A stretch of 64,000 nt of DNA from Phycisphaerales bacterium (GCA_029260435.1 JAJDDG010000005.1:1-64000); one strand, 5' to 3'; shown: positions 1 to 11,081, counted from the first letter of the stretch. Made by a program: numbers and translations. The notes: generated by a model not told the origin, from the sequence alone.

Positions 1-144
1 AAGAAATCATCTTCCGATGCCAAGCCCGACTCGAAAGACACTAAGGCAGACAAAGCGTCTGCTCCCAGCGATAGCGCCGAGAAATCCAAACCCGCTTGCG
101 ACCCCGCCAAGCCGAGCAAGCCAGACACAAAGAAGTCCTGAGCA

Positions 145-582
145 ATGGCGCAAGACGCCGCCCATCTCATCCGCCTGCGCATCGGCGCACCCAAGCAAGA
201 GCTGCTCAAAGCAGCCCGCCCCGAGGCGCGACAGAAAGTCCTCAACTCGGGCTTCTTCCCGATCATGGCTGTCGTCGCGGCCCTCGTGCCGATGGCGCTG
301 CACTTCCTCGCGCAGTGGATGGACCACCGCCTGGAACTGCCGTACTACGCCGCGATGCCAATCCTCCTGCTGCTCTATATCCCGATCCCCATCTCGATCT
401 ACCGCAAACTCATCCACGACGCCTGCCTGAATATCCTCCTCCGCGAGGGCGTCGTCCTCTGCGCATCCTGCAAGACCGACCTCCGCCGCTTCACCTGGGA
501 CACCACCCTCGACCCCGTCTGCCCCGAGTGCAACCACCCCTTCACCCGCGACAAACTCGAAACCCTCGTCGGCGTCCGCTGA
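145..582 (+). CDS. hypothetical membrane protein with a C-terminal zinc ribbon (CASC-x19-CPEC)
   Basis: ORF track. Hydrophobic helices are followed by CxxC...CPEC. The same Cys motif recurs in the ORFs at 15910, 48480 and 50300. Confidence 0.45.
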   Translation: MAQDAAHLIRLRIGAPKQELLKAARPEARQKVLNSGFFPIMAVVAALVPMALHFLAQWMDHRLELPYYAAMPILLLLYIPIPISIYRKLIHDACLNILLREGVVLCASCKTDLRRFTWDTTLDPVCPECNHPFTRDKLETLVGVR

Positions 583-667
583 CGCGCAATTCCGTGCCAC
601 CGATTCGCCTTCAGGTGCCGTGGTACAGGCGCAGCCTGAACCACGATCAATTCATTCCACTTCTCCC

Positions 668-698
668 GTGCCACTGACCGGTCTGCCGGTCAGTGCTC
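668..698. repeat. REP-like palindrome, family 1 (GTGC-CACTGACCGG-loop-CCGGTCAGTG-CTC)
   Basis: Perfect 10-bp stem. Family members also at 1287..1319, 22501..22532, 29150..29185, 41143..41173 and 51152..51183 (rc). Confidence 0.8.
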
Positions 699-726
699 TT
701 CATCTTCTACATTGTCTTCTCTTGCC

Positions 727-749
727 CCCTCTCCCTTCTAGGGAGAGGG
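727..749. repeat. family 4 palindrome (CCCTCTCCC-loop-GGGAGAGGG)
   Basis: Relatives at 1206..1228, 37848..37866 and 51369..51392, usually within 100 nt of a family 1 hairpin. Confidence 0.7.
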
Positions 750-793
750 CCGGGGTGAGGGTTCTTTTTAGCCTGGTGCCTTATCCTCTCCCC

Positions 794-1180
794 ATGTCCA
801 TCCTCGCCCACGGCATAGACCTCGTCGAGATCCCGCGCTTCGCGGAGCTGCTCGATAAACACCCCGAGCGCTTCCTCGACAAGTGCTTCACCGCCGGCGA
901 GCGCGCCTACGCCGATGCCAATCCCAAGCGCCGCCTCGAACACCTCGCCGCCCGCTTCGCCGCAAAGGAAGCCGCGATGAAAGCGCTGGGCACAGGGTGG
1001 GCCGCAGGAGTGACATGGCAGGATGTCGAGGTCGCCCGCGAAGACTCCGGTGCGCCGATCCTCTTGCTGCACAACCTCGCCCAAACCCGCGCTCAAGAAA
1101 TGGGCGCAGCGCGCTGGCTCCTCTCCCTCACCCACACCGAGCACTACGCGCAAGCCTCCGTCATCGCCTGCACGGAGTGA
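794..1180 (+). CDS. acpS: holo-[acyl-carrier-protein] synthase (4'-phosphopantetheinyl transferase)
   Basis: Internal Met of ORF 620..1180. MSILAHGIDLVEIPRF...FAAKEAAMKALGTG aligns along the full length with AcpS. Confidence 0.85.
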   Translation: MSILAHGIDLVEIPRFAELLDKHPERFLDKCFTAGERAYADANPKRRLEHLAARFAAKEAAMKALGTGWAAGVTWQDVEVAREDSGAPILLLHNLAQTRAQEMGAARWLLSLTHTEHYAQASVIACTE

Positions 1181-1437
1181 GCTACACGCAAACGCCAGTC
1201 CCGCCCCTTCTCCCCTTGGGGGAGAAGGTGATCGAACGACCCGTATGGAGAGTGAGATCGGATGAGGGGTCTTCCTCTTTCTCTCCGTGCCACCGATCCG
1301 CCGCGGCGGATCAGTGCTCTTCCGTCCTAACCCGACGGAGTACCTACCCTCCATCCGCAGGACGAATGTCCCTTCTTCCTCACAAAAATGCCACGCGCAC
1401 GCGTGGTAGATAAACAGACTTCTTGTAAAAGCGCGGG

Positions 1438-2979
1438 ATGTTGTTGAGCATGGTGTCTATGACCGCACCCACCGACCCTCCTCCACCCACCGATCCCCCC
1501 GAAGACCAACCGCCCGAACCACGGGAGCAACCCGCGCGCCCGCCCATCAGCGCAGATGATTTCGGCCCCGACAACCCGCCCAACCGCCAGCAGTGCCGCC
1601 AACTCCTTGTAGAAGCAAGCTACGATGCCAAGAAGATCGAGGCGTGGAACGAGTTGAGAAAGCGCATGGGTTGGCAATGGGAACCCGATCTCTCTGACAA
1701 GAAAGATTGCTGGGATGCGTGCGACATAGGATTATCTGTCCTGGGTGAGGGCGCCGAGCGCATTACAGCGGATCTGCAAAAAGCCCATCTAGAAGGGGCG
1801 GATCTAATGCTTTCCAGCCTCAAAGGTGTACATCTGTCTTATGCCAACCTTGAAGGGGCGGTTCTCAGGGACACCACATTTCGCAAGCAACCGAAAACGA
1901 GGCGAATATTCATCCGCGTCTACAGGATGTGCATCAAATACATCCGCAAAGGAAGGTGGCATGCACTGCGGAGAGTACTCTCTCTGCTTTCCCCGGAGTG
2001 GGGCTTCATCGACACGTTCATCTCCGGACGCGCAGGTCTGGGTGATTCGGACACATTCACACCCTCAACCGTCCTCGATAACGTCGATCTCCATGGCAAC
2101 ACAGGCTTCACCGCGCACGGCCAATCCGCCCGCGGCACACGCTTCGACCCCGCCGCCAAAGACCCCTACAGCATCCTCCGCCGCAAATACACCGGCCCGC
2201 TCATGCTTTTCACGCTTGTCTTCCTCGCAATGTTCTTCACGCCCTACCTCATCCGCGCAGGCGCATGGACCGCCGCCTCGCGTGTGCAGACCGCGTTGGT
2301 CGTGGCGGACGACTCCGCTCCAAAGTCATGGCCCGTCCTCCTGCGCGAGTCTTCAAGCGATCTGCAACATGCATCAGCCGAACTCCGCGCCACAGCACAA
2401 AGCCAATCCGATTTGCGCGAGTTGGTATTCAAATGGACAAACCGACTCGAAGCCGCAAACGCGAACATCCAACTCGCCATCGACCGCATCCCGGGTGAGA
2501 CGAAAGTTGCAGTCAATCTGACCAACGCACTGGAAGGCATTAATGCCGAACTCATGTCAACGGTGAGCACGCTGGGTTCAACAGCAGGCGCCACCGAAGC
2601 AAGCCTCCTGCGCGCAAGCGATGCGATCGCCGAACTATCCGAGCGCTTGAATACGCACGCCCAAACAACCAAACGCCAAGTCTGGTCCATCGTCCTCGGC
2701 TTCCGCGCCGGATTCTGGGGGTGGCTCGCCGGCGTCTTATCCATCATCTTCTTGTTCTATAACGTCCTCCGCGCATGCGTCACATGGTGGATGAGCCAGG
2801 TGCGCGACGCCGAAGAGCGCTCCGGGCACCTCCCCGAGATCCAGCAGTACTGGTGGTGTTTCTCCCTCCACCGCTTCGTACTCCAACCGATCTTTATCTT
2901 TGCCGTGTTCTCCTTTGTCTGGCACACGATCCTCTGGTTGAAAGAAGAGGTGGACGTACCCATCCAGTTCCTCCAATAG
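1438..2979 (+). CDS. pentapeptide-repeat protein with a C-terminal multi-pass membrane region
   Basis: ADLQKAHLEGADLMLSSLKGVHLSYANLEGAVLRD pentapeptide repeats and a Pro-rich N-terminus. Several hydrophobic helices lie at the C-terminus. Start uncertain. Confidence 0.4.
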   Translation: MLLSMVSMTAPTDPPPPTDPPEDQPPEPREQPARPPISADDFGPDNPPNRQQCRQLLVEASYDAKKIEAWNELRKRMGWQWEPDLSDKKDCWDACDIGLSVLGEGAERITADLQKAHLEGADLMLSSLKGVHLSYANLEGAVLRDTTFRKQPKTRRIFIRVYRMCIKYIRKGRWHALRRVLSLLSPEWGFIDTFISGRAGLGDSDTFTPSTVLDNVDLHGNTGFTAHGQSARGTRFDPAAKDPYSILRRKYTGPLMLFTLVFLAMFFTPYLIRAGAWTAASRVQTALVVADDSAPKSWPVLLRESSSDLQHASAELRATAQSQSDLRELVFKWTNRLEAANANIQLAIDRIPGETKVAVNLTNALEGINAELMSTVSTLGSTAGATEASLLRASDAIAELSERLNTHAQTTKRQVWSIVLGFRAGFWGWLAGVLSIIFLFYNVLRACVTWWMSQVRDAEERSGHLPEIQQYWWCFSLHRFVLQPIFIFAVFSFVWHTILWLKEEVDVPIQFLQ

Positions 2980-3032
2980 CCCCAATCTCCTTACTTCTCG
3001 CCATCGGCGCACTTTTTACCGATAATGCTCAC

Positions 3033-3956
3033 ATGGCAAAGAAAGGCCCAGCCCTCTACGAACTGATCCAGCAGCAGGCACAGCGGAGCCGACCCACCTC
3101 CGTCGTCACCCGACCCGCTGTCCCCGTCAAACCCGAGCGGGCCGCCCCCCCCTCAGGCCCGCCCACAGGTGCGCCGCCCATCGCGCACCACCCCGCGGCT
3201 TCCAAGCCCGCCCCGTCGCCGCAAACCTATGCTGGCAAAGCAGATACCGCTCCCATGAGCAATCCGCACGACTCGTGGCTCTCCCAGGGCAAGACCTACC
3301 GCATCCCCGCCGGGTACATCGTCATGGCGGTCATCCTGTTGGTGCTCCTCCCGATCGTCAGCTATTCGATCGGGTTCCAGGTCTCCAAAAACCAGCATGC
3401 AGCCGCTCAAACCAAAGAAAGCCTTGACCAGTACTCCAAAATCAACGACCCCACCCTCGCCAATAACCAGGCCCGTTCCGCCACCCTCCCGCAGTCAAAC
3501 CCTGCCAATAACCCCACTACGACCACCAACTCACCCGCCGGTTCTTCGCCTGCAAATACCGGCGCAAACCGCCCTATAGACCTCGCAGCGGGCTCTACTC
3601 CGCAGAATACCCCCGCCGCCGGGCCCATCCAGGGCGTCAAACTGGGCTCGGGCGACCCCGATCGCCGCACCGTCGGGCTGAACTACTACATCCTCGCCTC
3701 CTTCCTCCAGACCGAGGAGGCCGACAGGGCTGTCGATTTCTTTGCCGCAAACGGGGTTGCAGTAATGCGTCAGGCACCGAATAATAGGGGGCTCTGCACC
3801 TTGGTCGCCCTGGAGGGCTTCCCGTCGGGTGATACCCAGAGCCAGCGCGCCCGCGACTACAAGGCAACGCTGCTCAAACTCGGCAGGGAGTACAAAAGGA
3901 ACCACCGGGGCGGCACAGATTTTTCAGACCTGTACCTCAAGAAACATCGCCCGTGA
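3033..3956 (+). CDS. hypothetical proline-rich single-pass membrane protein
   Basis: ATG at 3033 (MAKKGPALYE) inside ORF 2775..3956; TM helix IVMAVILLVLLPIVSY; low-complexity Pro/Thr/Asn linker then a globular C-terminal domain. Confidence 0.45.
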   Translation: MAKKGPALYELIQQQAQRSRPTSVVTRPAVPVKPERAAPPSGPPTGAPPIAHHPAASKPAPSPQTYAGKADTAPMSNPHDSWLSQGKTYRIPAGYIVMAVILLVLLPIVSYSIGFQVSKNQHAAAQTKESLDQYSKINDPTLANNQARSATLPQSNPANNPTTTTNSPAGSSPANTGANRPIDLAAGSTPQNTPAAGPIQGVKLGSGDPDRRTVGLNYYILASFLQTEEADRAVDFFAANGVAVMRQAPNNRGLCTLVALEGFPSGDTQSQRARDYKATLLKLGREYKRNHRGGTDFSDLYLKKHRP

Positions 3957-3993
3957 CCGACCCTCCCCGGCGGCGCGGCAAAGGAACCGAGAC

Positions 3994-4158
3994 ATGAGCC
4001 TCGACTCCAGCCTCAAGACCGCCGGCAATCTCAAGCAGCACCGCAACGTGCTCAAGCGCCACGAGCGCATCGAGCAGCTGAAAGAGACCAAAGACTACGA
4101 TCCGGCGAAGAAACCGGTGCTCGGGCTGCAAAAAACAAGCAGCCGCAAGACCGGCTAA
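3994..4158 (+). CDS. small basic protein (54 aa), function unknown
   Basis: ATG at 3994 preceded by AAGGAA. MSLDSSLKTAGNLKQHRNVLKRHERIEQLKE... is highly basic. It resembles the small basic proteins conserved in Planctomycetota. Confidence 0.5.
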   Translation: MSLDSSLKTAGNLKQHRNVLKRHERIEQLKETKDYDPAKKPVLGLQKTSSRKTG

Positions 4159-4331
4159 TCCCGACATCCACCGACCGCGCGCATGATGGATGCGCCTGTT
4201 GTTTCGTGTGCGCGATCATTGTGCGCACGTCGTCCACCGCCGTGCGCGCATCGCGCGATTAGGCGCGCACCCTGCTACGCTCTACACCGTCAATCGCGCA
4301 CTGCCGCGCGCACCGGAGTCGTGCATACCCC

Positions 4332-5525
4332 ATGGATATCGACGCGCTCATCTCCCAACGCTGCCGCGAGCTGGACACCTCCGGCATCCGCCGAATCTTC
4401 GAGCTCGGCGCCCAGCTCAACGACCCCATCAACCTCTCCATCGGGCAGCCCGATTTCCCCGTGCCCGACGAGATCAAAGCCGCCGCGGTAGACGCGATCA
4501 ATGCGAATCACAACGGGTACACCCTCTCCCAGGGCATCCCGCAGCTCCGCAAACGCTGCGCGAAGCAGCTCCACGACGAACTCGGGTGGCCGGATTCCAT
4601 CGCCGCACCAGGAAAAACCGAGGGCGGCGGCATCGGACTGATAATCACATCCGGCACCTCCGGCGCGCTGTATCTCATGAATATGGCGCTGCTCAGCCCC
4701 GGCGATGAGATCATCATCCCCGACCCGTATTTCGTCGCCTACCCCGCGATGGCGAAGCTCGCCCAGGGTCGGGCGGTGCGCTGCGACACCTACCCTGATT
4801 TCCGGATGACCGCCGAGCGCATCGAGCCGCTCATCACCGAGCGCACCAAGGCGGTGCTGCTCAACTCGCCCGCCAACCCGACCGGCGTGGTGCTCACCCG
4901 CGAAGAATGTGCACAGATTCTTGAGTTGTGCCGCTCGAAGGGTGTGCTGCTCGTTTCCGATGAGATTTATTCGGAGTTCACGTTCGCGGATGCAGCAGCG
5001 GAGACTCCTGTTGGCTTGCGCGCGCCCTCGCCGGCGAGCGTCAGTGGATCGCACGAGGACATCCTGCTGATCCGCGGGTTCGGCAAAAGCTTCGGGTGTA
5101 CCGGGTGGCGGATGGGGTTCGCTGCTGGTCCAGAAGCGCTCATCCGCGAGATGACGAAGCTCCAGCAGTACTCGTATGTCTGTGCGCCGGCGCCGCTCCA
5201 GTACGGGTGCATGAGCGCGTACGACGTGGACATCACAGAACTCGTGGACACCTACCGCGCGCGTCGGGATATGGTCCTCGGCGAGCTGGGCAAGGTGACG
5301 GAAGTCTTCGAGCCGGGCGGGGCGTTTTACTGCTTTGTGAAGGTGCCCGAGAAGCTCGGGATGACCTCGCAGGAGTTCTTCGAGAGGGCGCTGGAGCGGA
5401 ACGTGCTGCTCATCCCGGGCAACGCGTTTTCATCGAAGGACACGCACTTTCGCATCTCGATGGCGGTGGCGGAGGACAAGCTCAAGAGGGGTGTGGCGAT
5501 CCTTGCGGAGCTGCTCGGTGGGTAG
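4332..5525 (+). CDS. pyridoxal-phosphate-dependent aminotransferase, class I/II (aspartate aminotransferase-like)
   Basis: 397-aa ORF with a fold-type I aminotransferase layout; full-length similarity to AspAT-like enzymes ([31 protein letters not shown]). Confidence 0.85.
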   Translation: MDIDALISQRCRELDTSGIRRIFELGAQLNDPINLSIGQPDFPVPDEIKAAAVDAINANHNGYTLSQGIPQLRKRCAKQLHDELGWPDSIAAPGKTEGGGIGLIITSGTSGALYLMNMALLSPGDEIIIPDPYFVAYPAMAKLAQGRAVRCDTYPDFRMTAERIEPLITERTKAVLLNSPANPTGVVLTREECAQILELCRSKGVLLVSDEIYSEFTFADAAAETPVGLRAPSPASVSGSHEDILLIRGFGKSFGCTGWRMGFAAGPEALIREMTKLQQYSYVCAPAPLQYGCMSAYDVDITELVDTYRARRDMVLGELGKVTEVFEPGGAFYCFVKVPEKLGMTSQEFFERALERNVLLIPGNAFSSKDTHFRISMAVAEDKLKRGVAILAELLGG

Positions 5526-5656
5526 TTTTATGCGGGGGCGTTCGGCGGATTGAGCCGGGAGCGGGGTGGTGCTACTGTGTGTGGTTCGGAGGCGGGGATT
5601 CGACTCGATTTTTGACGGTGTATCGCCTTATACATGGCGGGAAGGACGCATTAGAG

Positions 5657-6667
5657 ATGGCTATCCGTATCGGGATCAATGGGTTCGGGCGTATCGGTCG
5701 CTTGGTGTACCGCGCGGCGTTTGGTTCAGAGATCGAGGTGGTCGCGGTGAACGACCTCGTTCCCGCGGACAACCTCGCGTACCTCACGCGCTACGACTCG
5801 ACGCACGGGCGATTCGGCTCTTCTTCCAGCGCCACGGAAAACTCCTTCACCATCGACGGCAGGGTCTGCAAGACCTTCGCGGAGCGCGACCCGGCGAACC
5901 TGCCCTGGGGCGATCTGGGCGTGGACTACGTGCTCGAAGCCACCGGCTTGTTCACCAAGTTCGAAGACGCGGGCAAGCACCTCAAGGGCGGCGCGAAGCG
6001 AGTGCTCATCAGCGCTCCGACCAAGACACCCGACGAGGTGCCGACGATCGCGTACAAGGTGAACCACGAGGTGTACGACCCGGCGAAGCACCGGGTTGTT
6101 TCGAATGCGAGCTGCACGACGAACTGTCTTGCGCCGGTCGCGAAGGTGATCAACGACAACTTCGGGCTCGCCGAGGGGTTGATGACGACGATCCACGCGG
6201 CGACCGCGACCCAGCCCACGCAGGACGGGCCGAGCAAGAAGGACTGGCGTGGCGGGCGCAACGCGTACACGAACATCATCCCCGCGAGCACGGGCGCCGC
6301 GAAGGCTGTCGCGCTGTGCATCCCTGCTATGAAGGGCCGGCTGACGGGCATGGCGTTCCGCGTGCCGACCGCGGATGTATCCGCTGTTGATCTCACGTTC
6401 AAGACGGACAAGGCGACGAGCATTAAGGACATCAACGCGGCGATGCAGGCTGCGGCGAACGGCCCGATGGAGGGCGTGCTCGAGTACACCGAGGACAAGG
6501 TTGTGTCGAGTGACTTTATCTCGCATCCGGCGAGCAGCATCTACGATGCGGACGCGGGGATCGAACTGAACGATCACTTCTTCAAGATTATCTCGTGGTA
6601 CGACAACGAGTTCGGGTACGCGAGCCGGTGTATCGACATGCTGCGGTACTTCGCGTCGAAGGACTGA
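5657..6667 (+). CDS. gap: glyceraldehyde-3-phosphate dehydrogenase
   Basis: ATG at 5657. [18 protein letters not shown]-binding motif and the [12 protein letters not shown] active-site Cys motif. Confidence 0.95.
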   Translation: MAIRIGINGFGRIGRLVYRAAFGSEIEVVAVNDLVPADNLAYLTRYDSTHGRFGSSSSATENSFTIDGRVCKTFAERDPANLPWGDLGVDYVLEATGLFTKFEDAGKHLKGGAKRVLISAPTKTPDEVPTIAYKVNHEVYDPAKHRVVSNASCTTNCLAPVAKVINDNFGLAEGLMTTIHAATATQPTQDGPSKKDWRGGRNAYTNIIPASTGAAKAVALCIPAMKGRLTGMAFRVPTADVSAVDLTFKTDKATSIKDINAAMQAAANGPMEGVLEYTEDKVVSSDFISHPASSIYDADAGIELNDHFFKIISWYDNEFGYASRCIDMLRYFASKD

Positions 6668-6831
6668 GCCTTTAGAACGTATGAGTTAGGTTTGACGTGT
6701 CCCCTGGCGCGGGATCCCGGACGGCTTGGGGTGCGCGCCAGCGGGTATCATGGGTATGCCCACAGAGCGGATGCGCGGTGCGTGCATCTGCGGGAGTGGG
6801 GGGTGTGTGAGCAAACAAAAGGAGATCTCTC

Positions 6832-8403
6832 ATGGGTTGGACATCCATTATTCTCGGGTTGGTGCTGGCGGGGTTGCTGCTGAGCACGCTGCCGCGGATC
6901 AAGGGCGCATCGCTCCGGAGCGCGACGGTGTTGCTCGCGTTGTTGCTCGTCGTAGTTGGTGTGGCGTTTTCGAGCGTGCGGTATATCGCGCCGGACCGCG
7001 TCGGGATCGTGGAGAAGCATGCGCTTGGAGCGCGTATGAGCGGGGGCAGCATCATCGCGCCCAACGGCGAGATGGGCGTGCAGGCGGACGTGCTCTACCC
7101 GGGGTGGCACTTCTGGTACTGGCCCGTGGTGTACGACGTGAAGAGCGAACGGATGATGCGCATCGAGGAAGGCAAGGTCGGGCTGGTTAACGCGACGGAC
7201 GGGCGTGCGCTGAGCGAGGGGCAGGTCTTCGCGGACGAGGTTTTGGGAACGGAATTCGAGAAGATGGTCAAGGATCCGGCGTACTTCCTCACCGACGGCG
7301 GCGGGCAGAAGGGGCCGCAGACGAACGTGCTCACTCGGGGTACCTACCGCCTCAACCCGGCGCTGTTCGAGGTGAAGCAGGTCGGCAAGACGACGATCGC
7401 ACCCGGCACGGTCGGTGTGCTCAAGTCCAACATCGGTGGTGATCCATCGATCCGGGTCGAGGTCGGCGAAGGAGATTCGATCTTCCTCGCGGCTGCTGGC
7501 GAGAAGGGGATCCGTGCGGCGTGGCTCGAGCCCGGCGCGTACCCGCTCAACACGCAGGCGTACGAGGTGATTGCTATCAACACCCGTGAGAAGACGGTTG
7601 CCTACACAAAGCTCTCCTCTTCGGAGGGTGAGAGCGGGATTACGGTGCGATCGTCCGACGGGTTTACGTTCCCGGTGGATATCCGCGTGGAGTATCAGGT
7701 GAATCCGAAGCATGCGCCCGAGATCGTGGCGCGGTTCGGCGGCGACGATCTGGAACTGCGCAAGCGTCTCCGGTCTGCCGTTCGTGCGATCTTCCGGAAC
7801 AACGCGGAGCGCGTGAAGGCGCTGGACTATGTGAACAACCGAACGGAGCAGGAAAGAAAATCCACCGAGATGCTTGCCGTCGAGATGAGCAAGATCGGTC
7901 TGGCGATCAAGGCGGTCCGGATCGGCGACGTGGGCGACGAGGCAAGCCTCGGCGAACTGCTCGAGACGCAGATGCAGCGAGAGATCGCGCTGCAGAAGCA
8001 GGCGACATTCCAGGAGCAGCAGCGCGCCGCTGAGCAGGAGAAAGAACTGACCCGCACCGAGCAGGAAGCCGAGGAGGAGAAGCGTCTGGCGACCGCACGG
8101 TACGAGGTGCAGATCGCCGAGCAGGACAAGGAGCGGGTGATCATCGCGGCGCAGGCGGAGGCCGAGGCGATCGAGATCCGGGCGAAGGCGCAGGCCGAGC
8201 AGTTCCGGGTGGTTGCCGAGCAGATCGGCTCGGGCAACGCGGCTCTCATGGAACTGCTCAAGGTGATCGGCGAGCGGGGCATCCAGATCACGCCGCGGGT
8301 CATGGTGACGGGCGGCGAAAGTGGCGTGAGCGACGGGCAGACCACCGCGCTGATCGGGACGATGCTCGACAGCATGGTGTCCAGGGACACAAACCCCGGG
8401 TGA
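6832..8403 (+). CDS. SPFH/band-7 (flotillin-like) membrane protein with a C-terminal coiled coil
   Basis: AAGGAG RBS 11 nt upstream. N-terminal TM helices, an SPFH core and a long EA-rich coiled coil (EQEKELTRTEQEAEEEKRLA...). Confidence 0.8.
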   Translation: MGWTSIILGLVLAGLLLSTLPRIKGASLRSATVLLALLLVVVGVAFSSVRYIAPDRVGIVEKHALGARMSGGSIIAPNGEMGVQADVLYPGWHFWYWPVVYDVKSERMMRIEEGKVGLVNATDGRALSEGQVFADEVLGTEFEKMVKDPAYFLTDGGGQKGPQTNVLTRGTYRLNPALFEVKQVGKTTIAPGTVGVLKSNIGGDPSIRVEVGEGDSIFLAAAGEKGIRAAWLEPGAYPLNTQAYEVIAINTREKTVAYTKLSSSEGESGITVRSSDGFTFPVDIRVEYQVNPKHAPEIVARFGGDDLELRKRLRSAVRAIFRNNAERVKALDYVNNRTEQERKSTEMLAVEMSKIGLAIKAVRIGDVGDEASLGELLETQMQREIALQKQATFQEQQRAAEQEKELTRTEQEAEEEKRLATARYEVQIAEQDKERVIIAAQAEAEAIEIRAKAQAEQFRVVAEQIGSGNAALMELLKVIGERGIQITPRVMVTGGESGVSDGQTTALIGTMLDSMVSRDTNPG

Positions 8404-8465
8404 TCGAGGTCCGGATACCTGGCGTGTCCCGGATCCGTCAGGTGCATAAGTAGTCAGATTTTCAG

Positions 8466-8495
8466 CGGGCCTGCTCTCGGGAGCGGGCCCGTTTT
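8466..8495 (+). terminator. possible rho-independent terminator after the SPFH gene
   Basis: CGGGCC...GGCCCG stem followed by TTTT. Confidence 0.35.
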
Positions 8496-8684
8496 CTGAT
8501 GGGCAGGATTCGGGCGGAACCGCCGGTTGTGTGGTGCGAATAGGGGGTCAGAGCCATCGGGCCGCCCGGATTGTGTCTGGGAAGAAATGCGGCCCTGAGC
8601 AGGATCGTGGGGTTTCTCGGTCCTGAGTGAACGCGCATGGCGCGAAGGAGATCGGCACCAACCGACGAGGCGGGTAGCCGATGA

Positions 8685-10253
8685 ATGTCGATGCCGGACA
8701 GCAAGCGATTGGGTGGAGCGAACGGGGGTGTCAGCGGGGGGATCGGTGGGGGGGCTTTGACACTCTCGGAGAGCGGCTCTAGCTTGACCGGTGGTACCTC
8801 AGGACGGCCATCACAATTGTCTTCACAGCCCGATACGAATCCAGAAGATCCCAAGGAAGAGTCCAAGCTGCCCATGCCGGCGGACACACTTCCGCTGAAG
8901 GGCGTGGCTCCGGGGTCATCGTTACCGACAGACTCCGGGTCGAGCAGCGCGGACACGCTTGAGATCCTCAAGGGTGGGAGCGGCGCGGTATCTCCGGGGG
9001 ACTCCAAAGATGGATCGAAGTCCGGGGCGAGTGTTGACTCGATCCTCGGGCGGCTGGTTGTCGAGCAGGGGCTGGCGACGTCGGACGAGGTCGAGAGCGC
9101 GATGAAGCGTCAGCGCGACGACCCGAACGATTGCTCGCTCGCGATGGTGCTCGTCGATACCGAGATCGTCACCGATCGCCAGCTCACGCGGCTGCGCTCT
9201 GCGGTCGAAGCGGAACGCACGCAGCAGAAGATCCCGGGGTACACGGTCCACGGCAAGCTCGGTGCGGGCGCGATGGCGACTGTTTTCAAGGCGACGCAGC
9301 TGAGCCTCGACCGCGAGGTAGCGATCAAGGTGCTGCCGCGCAAGTTCTCGGCGAACCGTCAGTTTATCGAGCGGTTCTACGCCGAGGGTCGGGCTGCGGC
9401 GCAGCTCAACCACCCGAATATCGTGCAGGCGTTTGACGTGGGGCAGGCGGGCGAATTCCACTTCTTTGTGATGGAGTATGTGGAGGGCAAGACCATCCAC
9501 GACCTCGTGCTGGAGCAGAAGCGCTTCACCGAGGAGGCCGCCGCGGAGATTATTATCAACGTCGCCGATGCGTTGCTCCACGCGCACGAGAAGGGGCTGA
9601 TCCACCGCGACGTGAAGCCCAAGAACATCATGGTGACGAGCAACGGCGTGGTGAAGCTCGCCGACCTCGGGCTCGCCCGCGCGATCGACGACAAGGAAGC
9701 CGCGCTCGCGGAGAAGGGGCGGGCGTACGGCACGCCGTACTACATCTCTCCAGAACAGATTCGCGGTGAGATGAACATCGGGCCGCAGGCTGATATTTAT
9801 TCGCTCGGCGCGACGCTGTACCACATGGTGACGGGGAACGTGCCTTACAACGGGAAGAACCCGACGGAGGTGATGCAGAAACACCTCAAATCGGCGTTGA
9901 TCCCGCCGGACCATGTGAACCCGCGCCTGAGCGCCGGGATCTCCGAGGTCATCGAGATGATGATGGCCAAGAGCCGCAAGGAGCGCTACAAGAGTTGCGG
10001 AGATATGCTCGTGGATCTGCGTGCGGTGCTCGCGGGCGACAACCCGCCGATCGCGCACAAAGAGGCGTCGAGCGTGGCGCTGCAGGCGATCGCGAGTTCC
10101 GAGGTCGCGAAAGCCGCCCCGATCCAGCCGGACAAGGTGATCTCCGAGACGATCTGGACCGTGCCGGGCGGGCAACTGCTGGTGACGTTCAGCGTCTCGG
10201 CGGTGATCCTGGCGATCGTGCTCGGGATCGTGCTGCTCATGGTCCTCACCTGA
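8685..10253 (+). CDS. serine/threonine protein kinase with an N-terminal GspE-N (T2SSE_N)-like domain and a C-terminal TM anchor
   Basis: Kinase subdomains are present: GAGAMATVFKA, VAIKVL, HRDVKPKNIMV, DLGLAR and SPEQ. Gly/Ser-rich N-terminus. LGRLVVEQGLATSDEVESAMKRQ resembles the GspE N-domain. Hydrophobic tail. Confidence 0.85.
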   Translation: MSMPDSKRLGGANGGVSGGIGGGALTLSESGSSLTGGTSGRPSQLSSQPDTNPEDPKEESKLPMPADTLPLKGVAPGSSLPTDSGSSSADTLEILKGGSGAVSPGDSKDGSKSGASVDSILGRLVVEQGLATSDEVESAMKRQRDDPNDCSLAMVLVDTEIVTDRQLTRLRSAVEAERTQQKIPGYTVHGKLGAGAMATVFKATQLSLDREVAIKVLPRKFSANRQFIERFYAEGRAAAQLNHPNIVQAFDVGQAGEFHFFVMEYVEGKTIHDLVLEQKRFTEEAAAEIIINVADALLHAHEKGLIHRDVKPKNIMVTSNGVVKLADLGLARAIDDKEAALAEKGRAYGTPYYISPEQIRGEMNIGPQADIYSLGATLYHMVTGNVPYNGKNPTEVMQKHLKSALIPPDHVNPRLSAGISEVIEMMMAKSRKERYKSCGDMLVDLRAVLAGDNPPIAHKEASSVALQAIASSEVAKAAPIQPDKVISETIWTVPGGQLLVTFSVSAVILAIVLGIVLLMVLT

Positions 10254-10430
10254 TCCCCCCTCCTGCGTCCCGCTCCCCCCATCCCGCATGCTTCGCTCGT
10301 TCAAATCTCTATTTGGGGGTCGAGCCCGAGCCTGTCTTTACGCGTGCAGGTAGGATGGCTGCGCAGCGGGAGGGCGCAGCGTGCAGTGTTGCCGAGGTGC
10401 CCGGAAAACCCGCGCATCGGGAGCGCGCAG

Positions 10431-11081
10431 ATGGAGCTGTATATCGACACGGCGAACCTCGACGAGATCAAGCAGGCGCACGACATGGGCGTGCTCGACG
10501 GGGTGACCACGAACCCCTCGCTGATCGCGAAAGAGGGGGTGGACTACAACAAGCGGATCACGGAGATCTGCGAGGTCGTGCGCGGGCCGGTCTCTGCGGA
10601 GGTCATCGCGACGGAGTACGACGGGATGATCGCCGAGGGGCGCGTTGCGGCGAAGATCGCGGACAACATCGTCGTGAAGCTGCCCTGCACTGTGGACGGG
10701 CTCCGGGCGTGCAAGACATTCGCCGACGAGGGGGTGAAGACGAATCTCACGCTCTGCTTCCAGCCGCTCCAGGCGATGATGGTTGCCAAGGCGGGGGCGT
10801 TCTTGGTGAGTCCCTTCATCGGGCGCATCGACGATATCGCGGAAGATGGCATGGAGCTGATCCGCCAGATCCGCGCGATCTACGACAACTTCGGGTTCGA
10901 GACGAAGGTGCTCGCGGCGTCGATCCGCCACCCGAAGCACGTGGTTGAATGCGCGCTCGTCGGGTGCGATGTGGTGACGGTGCCGTTCAACGTGATCCAG
11001 CAATTCATGCAGCACCCGCTGACGGACAACGGGCTGGCGAAGTTCCTGGCCGATTACAAGAAGGCGTTTGGTGGGTCATGA
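10431..11081 (+). CDS. tal: transaldolase (short Fsa/TalC type)
   Basis: ATG at 10431. MELYIDTANLDEIK...TTNPSL...active Lys region; 216 aa. Confidence 0.9.
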   Translation: MELYIDTANLDEIKQAHDMGVLDGVTTNPSLIAKEGVDYNKRITEICEVVRGPVSAEVIATEYDGMIAEGRVAAKIADNIVVKLPCTVDGLRACKTFADEGVKTNLTLCFQPLQAMMVAKAGAFLVSPFIGRIDDIAEDGMELIRQIRAIYDNFGFETKVLAASIRHPKHVVECALVGCDVVTVPFNVIQQFMQHPLTDNGLAKFLADYKKAFGGS

